Below, in pieces: positions 57,743 to 64,000 of a DNA stretch of 64,000 nucleotides. Where the stretch lies: the NCBI GenBank assembly GCA_028716665.1, contig JAQUPP010000001.1:413046-477045 (forward strand), read 5' to 3'. Source of the DNA: Patescibacteria group bacterium (GTDB lineage Bacteria > Patescibacteriota > Patescibacteriia > UBA2591 > JAQUPP01). How positions within the stretch are numbered: the stretch's first letter is position 1; each line of letters begins with the position of its first letter. Position numbers and translations under genes: made by a program. Under the pieces are notes generated by a model. It was not told the origin of the DNA. It did no database searches and saw nothing but the letters and a program-made list of their open reading frames with translations.

Positions 57743-58567
57743 GTGGTGCCGGTGAACACTCTCCAGCTTTTTATCACCAACCGATGCAACCTTCGTTGCA
57801 AAGGATGTTTCTACGCCCATAAATTAGGCGCCAAGGAAATGAGTTTAAGAGAGTATCAGGATTACATTTTGAAATATTTGCCAGAAATTCAAAAAGTAAT
57901 TCTTTTAGGAGGAGAGCCGACGATGCATAAAAATCTGCCGCAAATGCTTAAGTTTAACAATCAATATGGCCTGAAAACCACGATTTATTCCAATGGTTTT
58001 AATTTAGAGCAATTCAAGGGTAAGAATTTTGATAATGTTCAAATCAGGGTCGGAGTTTACGGATCTTATTCCAGTGAAAAACCGTTGTCTAAAATAGATA
58101 AAATTGATTTGCCAATGACCATTGTTTATATGTTAAGAAAAGACAATATTAATGAATTAATGGAAACGGCCGAAATGGCGGAAAAAAATTTCAATTGCGA
58201 TAATTTTTATATTTCCAGCATCAGAGATATTGCCGTTACCGATGATTTTTGGAAAGATACTCCGGAAACGATTCCTATGGACGAATATGCTGAAATTATT
58301 CAGGAGTTTGTCAATAAATATTCAGGCAATATCAAAAAACTTCATTTGGCGACAAGAGGCGTTGTTGTAACAAAAAAACAGAATTTTATGAAATTTCATA
58401 AATGCCGTTTTGGAAATATTTTCCCCGATAAAGAAAAAATCATTTGCCCTTTTGATATTTCAAAAAAGATTTTAACCAAGGATTTATTATTTAATCAGCG
58501 GAATTGCACTAAGCATCGCAAATGCATTTTGCAAAAAATTGTTTTGGAAAAGGTGCCGGGAAAATAA
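57743..58567 (+). CDS. radical SAM protein with C-terminal Cys cluster (possible auxiliary Fe-S / SPASM-twitch-like)
   Basis: CNLRCKGC (Cx3Cx2C) and GGEP motifs; C-terminal C..C......C...C pattern. GTG start after GGAGAGAGG. Confidence 0.6.
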   Translation: MVPVNTLQLFITNRCNLRCKGCFYAHKLGAKEMSLREYQDYILKYLPEIQKVILLGGEPTMHKNLPQMLKFNNQYGLKTTIYSNGFNLEQFKGKNFDNVQIRVGVYGSYSSEKPLSKIDKIDLPMTIVYMLRKDNINELMETAEMAEKNFNCDNFYISSIRDIAVTDDFWKDTPETIPMDEYAEIIQEFVNKYSGNIKKLHLATRGVVVTKKQNFMKFHKCRFGNIFPDKEKIICPFDISKKILTKDLLFNQRNCTKHRKCILQKIVLEKVPGK

Positions 58568-58969
58568 TCCACAATAAAAGACTTGACAAATTCTGAAAAT
58601 ATGCTATTATTTATTACATAATAAAGGGGGTGGTTTTTATGTATGAAAGCACTGGCTGTGAGCGCTAGCCAGATCCTGAAAATGGATTAAATTTGAGCGC
58701 TATCCCTAAAATTGCCAATAAAGGAGGTTAAATGTCCCACACGGGCTTACCGCCTTAAAATAACAAATAGGACTTCAGGCCGAGAGCAATCTCGGCCATT
58801 TTATTTATTATTTTACTCTTGACAATTTTCTAAAATTTGCTATATTTATTCACATAAACCAGGAGGTGATTAAGTAATGGTTCTTTAAAATGGCTTAAGC
58901 GATCCCGGCCAAATCCCGAGGAAGGATTAGAGCGGATTTGCAAATTAAAACAAGAAAAGGAGGTATCAG

Positions 58970-59938
58970 ATGTTGGGTCTTCTGAAATTTTTGATTTTTT
59001 TGGCGGTATTCGTATTCTGTATCTTTTTAAGTGTCAAATTTAACTTTAAGGAAAATAAAAAATTTGGCACAAAAGAGTTTGAGGGTGTCGGAATAAAGCC
59101 AAAAGGATTAATTTTGGGAATAGCTTTGTTCTTTTTAGCTCTTATCATATTGCCGGCGATTGGAGCGATTCCGGCCGGATACAGAGGCGTAGTACTGAAA
59201 TTCGGAGCTGTTACCGGTCGTGTTTTAGGTGAAGGAATTTATACGGTTCATCCTTTTACAGAGACGGTAAAATTAATGTCCGTGAAAGTAGAAGCATACG
59301 AGGTGCAAGTAGAAGCTGCCTCAAAAGACCTTCAAGATGTCAATGCCAAAATTACTTTGAATTATTTTCTTGAATCAAGAGTAGTGGGCAGGACATATCA
59401 AACTCTGGGATATGATTATCAGACTCGTATTATTTCACCCGCTATTCAAGAAGCCGTGAAATCTTCAACTGCTCAGTTTGACGCGACTGAATTAATTACC
59501 AAAAGACCGCTTGTAAAAGAAAAAATTGAATCATTTTTAAAAGAAAGAATCGCTATTCATGGGATAATAATGGATGCTGTTTCAATCACGGATTTTAAAT
59601 TTTCGCCTAAATTTTCCGAAAGTATTGAAAATAAGGTAAGAGCCGCGCAAGATGTTTTAACCGCCCAAAATAATTTAGAAAAAATAAAAATAGAGGCGGA
59701 TCAAAAAGTGGCGCAAGCACAAGCAGAAGCAGAAGCACTAAGACTTCAGAAACAACAAGTGACGCCGGAATTAATCGCATTGCGTAAAATTGAAGTTCAG
59801 CGTTTGGCCATTGAAGTTCAACTTGCAGCTGTAGGAAAATGGAATGGACAATTGCCGAATGTAACAGGCGGGGTTATACCATTTCTCGATGTTAACCAAC
59901 AGAGTGTTAAAGCAGACGTTAAAACAGATACTAAATAA
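58970..59938 (+). CDS. SPFH / band-7 (prohibitin/HflK-like) domain protein
   Basis: N-terminal TM, SPFH core (GYRGVVLKFG...TVHPF) and C-terminal coiled coil. Confidence 0.7.
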   Translation: MLGLLKFLIFLAVFVFCIFLSVKFNFKENKKFGTKEFEGVGIKPKGLILGIALFFLALIILPAIGAIPAGYRGVVLKFGAVTGRVLGEGIYTVHPFTETVKLMSVKVEAYEVQVEAASKDLQDVNAKITLNYFLESRVVGRTYQTLGYDYQTRIISPAIQEAVKSSTAQFDATELITKRPLVKEKIESFLKERIAIHGIIMDAVSITDFKFSPKFSESIENKVRAAQDVLTAQNNLEKIKIEADQKVAQAQAEAEALRLQKQQVTPELIALRKIEVQRLAIEVQLAAVGKWNGQLPNVTGGVIPFLDVNQQSVKADVKTDTK

Positions 59939-60073
59939 GTAATGAAATATTTTTTGAAACTATAAAAAAGGAGGTGATTAGAATGTCTCGAAATAAGGGA
60001 ACGCCACCTTAAAAACAAAAAAATAATGGGGCCGAGAGAAATTACTCTCGGCCATTTTATTTGTTTTAACGGG

Positions 60074-60197
60074 GTTGACCCCGTCAGAAGTTTGGCGCAA
60101 GTCTTTATATTTTAAATAGTCATAACCGCAAAGCGGCTTCGCCTTAAGCTTTTCTATATCAATAATTTATAGATGAACTTTTAACGGGGTTGACAAA
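60074..60197. repeat. MITE-like element E6 (AACGGGGTTGACCCCGTCAG...AACGGGGTTGACA)
   Basis: Terminal repeats around GGGGTTGAC; right arm is the -35 for 60255-60905. Confidence 0.5.
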
Positions 60198-60254
60198 AAT
60201 AGATTTTTTTGATTAAATTATAAATAAGATATAGTTCTTTAAAAGGAGGTCTTA

Positions 60255-60905
60255 ATGAAAAATTCAAGAAGGGTAAAAGATTTAAAAAGAGTGAAAGATT
60301 TTGAGCCCAAGTATGTATATCCGGCTGTAGCACGCGAGATTATGAAGAGAAATATTTTCGGCATTGAAGAGGTGATAAAACATTTCCATCTTCATCCAAC
60401 CGACGAAGATCTTGCGATTTTATCGCAAGTACCATATTCAGAAAAAGTATTAAGAGTTTTTAAAGATAGCCATATTCTGGTTGTTAATTATGGCGAATCA
60501 ATTATTGATCAGAGAGATTTAAGTCCACAATTTTTTTATGGCAGCAAAAACGCCTGGTATAATTCCGAAGAATTTGCCAAAAACCCGGGAAAGATAGGAT
60601 GGAATTTAATAAGGAAGACAGAAATTCCGGGTTCTATCAATAAATCTTGGAGCGATCAAATGTCATTGCTTCGCGAAAATGAGAAAGTGCCGACAGCGCA
60701 AGAATTCGTAAATGCCATAGTGGCATTCAGTATTTTAGGGGAAAGACTGTTTAAGCATCGGCTTCTGAGGGTCTACGATATAGACAGATATGGCAATTGC
60801 GTTTACATCGGTAATCCCAGACCGACAAATATTCGGATATATAAATATGAAAAGAGTGTTCGTTTAGAGGGAGTAGGCCTGGCAAGCCAGATAATACCAA
60901 CATGA
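60255..60905 (+). CDS. hypothetical protein
   Basis: Promoter from element E6, SD AAAAGGAGGTCTTA-ATG, terminator after the stop. Confidence 0.4.
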   Translation: MKNSRRVKDLKRVKDFEPKYVYPAVAREIMKRNIFGIEEVIKHFHLHPTDEDLAILSQVPYSEKVLRVFKDSHILVVNYGESIIDQRDLSPQFFYGSKNAWYNSEEFAKNPGKIGWNLIRKTEIPGSINKSWSDQMSLLRENEKVPTAQEFVNAIVAFSILGERLFKHRLLRVYDIDRYGNCVYIGNPRPTNIRIYKYEKSVRLEGVGLASQIIPT

Positions 60906-61046
60906 TAAATATTCAGAGTCCTTGTTTATAATAAAACAAGGACTCTTTTTTATTCACCCCCTAACTTCTTGACGAAGATTATGGATGGATTATAATATGA
61001 TTTGTATGAAATATCATATAAATCATATTATTTTAAAGAAAAATTT

Positions 61047-61283
61047 ATGAAAAAAGATTTTTTTGAAAGCATAATTTGTTTTGATACTGCCACGGTTGGC
61101 GAGCGGGGACAGATTGTAGTCCCGGCCGAAATCCGCAAAAAATTAAAAATGAAAAGCGGCGATAAAATGGTGGCTTTTTTAACTCCGGCAGAAACAATAA
61201 TTCTTATTCCGAGCAATAAATTCGGCAAGATTGTTTCCGTGTTCCATAAAAAACTTGATAAATTAACAGAATTAATTAAATAA
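61047..61283 (+). CDS. AbrB/MazE (SpoVT-AbrB) family DNA-binding protein
   Basis: GQIVVPAEIRKKLKMKSGDKM swapped-hairpin motif. Confidence 0.6.
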   Translation: MKKDFFESIICFDTATVGERGQIVVPAEIRKKLKMKSGDKMVAFLTPAETIILIPSNKFGKIVSVFHKKLDKLTELIK

Positions 61284-61297
61284 TAAATAAATAAAAT

Positions 61298-62932
61298 ATG
61301 CGTTTACCCAAATTTAACAAAAAATTAATCATTTTGATAATCATTATTATTTTGGCGATCGGCGGTTTTATTATTTCTCGTCGGCCGCAAAAATTACAGT
61401 TTGAATCCATAACACTGAGCAAGCGAAATATTATCCAAGAAGTCAGTGTCACCGGTCATATCAAGCCCGTGGAAACAGTTGATCTGGCTTTTGAAAAAAA
61501 TGGCAAAGTGACTGAAGTTAATGTGAAAATCGGCGATAAGATAGAAAAAGGAAAAGTATTGGTTAAACTTGACAATACGGAAGTTTTAACAGAGCTTCGT
61601 CAAAATCAAGCTAATTTGGAAAGCGCCAAGGCTCAGCTTAATCAATATCAAGCCGCGCTTGACTCTCAAAAATCAAAACTGACTGAAATGGAAAGCGGCA
61701 CGAGAATAGAAGAAATTCAGGTTCAAGAAATCAAAGTGGCAAATGCCAAGATATCTTTAACAAACGCCAAAAACGACTTGATTGATAAATTGAAAGATGC
61801 TTACACAAAATCAGATGATTCGATTAAAAATAAAATCGATCAAATGTTTAATAATCCAACTTCCGCGGATCCGCAATTTAATTTTTCATTGAATAATTTC
61901 AGTTTGGAAATAGAGCTTGAACAAGACAGAATGTCAATTGAAAGTATGCTGGCCGATTGGAATAATTCTTTGAGTAAAATTTCCGCTTCAAGCGATTTAA
62001 ATATTTATTCATCTCAGGCTGAAAAAAATTTAGACCAAATTAATTCTTTTTTGGAACAAATCGCCAATGTGGTCAACGGTTTAATGCCGACGATGTCGGG
62101 TCTCTCTCAGACGACGATTGACACTCATAAATCAAATACTTCAATTGCCAGAACAAATATGAATACGGCGGTTGTCAATTTGAGCGCCGCGGAGGAAGGA
62201 ATTAAAACCGCTCAATCAAATCTCAGTTTGGTAGAACAAGAACTTATTTTGAGCAAGGCGGGGACAGTCAAGGAACAAATTGATTCTCAAAAATTTCAAA
62301 TAAAACAAGCCGAGGCCAATGTTGTTTCGCAGCAAGCAAAAATTAATCAAGCCGAAGCGAGTGTGGAAAACACCAGAGTTCAAATGGAAAAATTGATTTT
62401 GCGTTCGCCGATTTCCGGCGTTGTCACCAAACAAGAAGCCAAAGTGGGAGAATTTGTTACCGCCAATACGATAATGGTCGGAATAATGAGCGATAAAAAT
62501 TTTGAGATGGAAACAAATATTCCCGAAGCGGATATTGCCAAAGTTAAAATCGGAAATCTGGCCAATGTAACTCTTGATGCTTATGGTTCAAGCGTTGTTT
62601 GGCAAGCTGAATTGGTAAAAATTGATCCGTCGGAAACAATGATTGAGGGAGTTTCAACTTACAAAACAACTTTTCAATTTAAAAATGAAGATGAAAGAAT
62701 TAAATCCGGGATGACGGCCAATATTGATATTATTGCCGCCCAGCATGATAATGTGATTTCTGTTCCTCAAAGAGCGATTACTGATAAAGACGGCAAGAGA
62801 ATGGTGAAAATTGTTGACGGCGACGGATTTAAAGAAGTGGAAGTGGAAACCGGAATGCGCGGTTCGGAAGGAGAAATAGAAATTCTCAAAGGACTTAATG
62901 AAGGAGATAAAGTCATTACTTCTAAGAAGTAG
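61298..62932 (+). CDS. HlyD/MacA-family periplasmic adaptor (membrane fusion protein) with long coiled coil
   Basis: N-terminal anchor, biotinyl-like lipoyl hairpin (KIGDKIEKGKVLVKLD), long coiled coil, C-terminal beta-barrel. Confidence 0.7.
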   Translation: MRLPKFNKKLIILIIIIILAIGGFIISRRPQKLQFESITLSKRNIIQEVSVTGHIKPVETVDLAFEKNGKVTEVNVKIGDKIEKGKVLVKLDNTEVLTELRQNQANLESAKAQLNQYQAALDSQKSKLTEMESGTRIEEIQVQEIKVANAKISLTNAKNDLIDKLKDAYTKSDDSIKNKIDQMFNNPTSADPQFNFSLNNFSLEIELEQDRMSIESMLADWNNSLSKISASSDLNIYSSQAEKNLDQINSFLEQIANVVNGLMPTMSGLSQTTIDTHKSNTSIARTNMNTAVVNLSAAEEGIKTAQSNLSLVEQELILSKAGTVKEQIDSQKFQIKQAEANVVSQQAKINQAEASVENTRVQMEKLILRSPISGVVTKQEAKVGEFVTANTIMVGIMSDKNFEMETNIPEADIAKVKIGNLANVTLDAYGSSVVWQAELVKIDPSETMIEGVSTYKTTFQFKNEDERIKSGMTANIDIIAAQHDNVISVPQRAITDKDGKRMVKIVDGDGFKEVEVETGMRGSEGEIEILKGLNEGDKVITSKK

Positions 62933-63069
62933 AAGTAATTAAAATCAAAATTAAAAAATCAAAATGCAAAATGACAATGTAAAATTCAAAATTAAAATTA
63001 ATTTTTTTAAACATTTTAACATTTTGAAATGTCATTTTAATTTTTGATATTTACATTTTAAATTTCATT
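62933..63069. repeat. ~130-nt intergenic repeat, copy A, immediately 5' of the ABC ATPase start codon
   Basis: Near-identical to 63788-63912; contains three TGTAAAAT/ATTTTACA half-sites and an AAAATGACA...TGTCATTTT inverted repeat. Confidence 0.6.
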
Positions 63070-63789
63070 ATGGCTTTAATTGAAGTTAAAAATTTGGAAA
63101 AAATTTATCATACGGACAGCGTGGAAACGCCTGCCTTGATTGATACTTCTTTTAAGATAGAAAAAGGAGAATTTGTGGCAATCATGGGGCCGTCAGGTTC
63201 CGGGAAATCAACCTTGCTTCATATTTTGGGATTTTTGGATGAACCGACCGGCGGCGAATATTATTTTGACGGGAAATCACTCAGTGATTATTCACAAAAA
63301 GAAATAGCTATGGTCAGAAATAAAAAAATGGGATTTATTTTTCAGACTTTTAATTTACTCAGCCGAACTAGTGTTTTGGAAAATGTAAAATTGCCGCTTC
63401 TTTATTCTGATATTAAAGAATCGCTTTGGAATGAAATGGCGAAAAAGGCGATTGAGTCAGTCGGACTTTCGCATAGAATCAATCATTTGCCTTCGCAGCT
63501 TTCCGGCGGAGAAAAACAAAGAGTGGCCATTGCCAGAGCTTTGATTAATAATCCGCAAGTTATTTTTGCCGATGAACCGACCGGTAATCTTGATTCAAAA
63601 TCAGGACAAATTATCATGGAAATCATTCAGCGATTAAACGAGAAAGAAGGCAAAACAATTATTTTAATCACTCATGAAACCAATACGGCTGAACATGCTC
63701 AAAGAATTATTCATATGTTGGACGGACAAATTGACAGCGACAGAAATGTAGAAAATCGCAGGACAGCCCAAGATAGTTTTATTAAGTAA
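63070..63789 (+). CDS. ABC transporter ATP-binding protein (MacB/LolD-like)
   Basis: Walker [10 protein letters not shown], signature [15 protein letters not shown], Walker [13 protein letters not shown]. Confidence 0.85.
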   Translation: MALIEVKNLEKIYHTDSVETPALIDTSFKIEKGEFVAIMGPSGSGKSTLLHILGFLDEPTGGEYYFDGKSLSDYSQKEIAMVRNKKMGFIFQTFNLLSRTSVLENVKLPLLYSDIKESLWNEMAKKAIESVGLSHRINHLPSQLSGGEKQRVAIARALINNPQVIFADEPTGNLDSKSGQIIMEIIQRLNEKEGKTIILITHETNTAEHAQRIIHMLDGQIDSDRNVENRRTAQDSFIK

Positions 63790-63912
63790 TTTAAAATTCA
63801 AAAATCAAAGTGTAAAATGACAATGTAAAATTTAAAATTTTAATTTTCAAAAACATTTTAACATTTTGATTTGTCATTTTAATTTTTGATATTTACATTT
63901 TACATTTTTAAT
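63788..63912. repeat. ~125-nt intergenic repeat, copy B, immediately 5' of the FtsX-like permease start codon
   Basis: Same sequence family as copy A. Confidence 0.6.
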
Positions 63913-63913
63913 C

Positions 63914-64000
63914 ATGAACATAAAATACAGCATTAAAACATCTTTAACCGGATTGAAAACAAATAAATCAAGATCATTCTTGACTATTTTGGGTATTGTT
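63914..64000 (+). CDS. ABC transporter permease (FtsX/MacB-like), N-terminal fragment
   Basis: MNIKYSIKTSLTGLKTNKSRSFLTILGIV is the typical FtsX-family N-terminus; continues beyond the window. Confidence 0.5.
   Translation, partial: MNIKYSIKTSLTGLKTNKSRSFLTILGIV

Overview
The window is an AT-rich (about one third GC, judged by eye) bacterial chromosome segment with small genes and many glycosyltransferases. This is typical of a reduced Patescibacteria/CPR-like genome, but that assignment is inference. Recognisable core genes are secD(end)-secF, a GT4 glycosyltransferase, murJ, lepA, ftsB-like, a purD-like ATP-grasp gene, PAP2, a lone 2-oxoacid:ferredoxin oxidoreductase beta subunit, tadA, parA-parB, topA, dprA, murG, murC, hrcA-grpE-dnaK behind a perfect CIRCE operator, an alkD-like gene, rpsI, a five-gene glycan cluster (GT1, GT2, Wzy-like, GT2, GT2), a thiol-disulfide relay operon, queT/yhhQ-like, maf, a radical-SAM gene, an SPFH gene, and AbrB-HlyD-ABC-FtsX. 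There are four tRNAs: Met, initiator fMet, Leu-CAA and Gln-TTG. No rRNA, CRISPR array or reverse transcriptase was seen. What stands out is the amount of selfish or modular DNA. (1) Five copies of a small (~85 aa) GIY-YIG nuclease gene sit immediately 5' of tRNA-fMet (a tandem array with partial tRNA duplications), tRNA-Gln, murC and grpE. Each is flanked by short direct or inverted repeats copied from the target, and one sits in the middle of a 34-nt palindrome that has intact 'empty' copies elsewhere. (2) GC-rich mini-insertions of 22-48 nt, some forming double hairpins, are placed in frame inside topA, grpE, dnaK, hrcA, murC and a glycosyltransferase, and inside the duplicated tRNA halves. 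(3) A family of ~125-160 bp inverted-repeat (MITE-like) elements has a right arm ending GGGGTTGACA that supplies the -35 box of an outward promoter. (4) A conserved promoter plus ~45-nt leader with a hairpin abutting the Shine-Dalgarno is reused in front of at least six unrelated small accessory genes. (5) A small defence islet (HEPN-like, NERD, HigB/HigA) follows dnaK, and an inserted island with DUF955 metallopeptidases lies between murG and murC. Coordinates of features not in the ORF track were read by eye and may be off by 1-3 nt.
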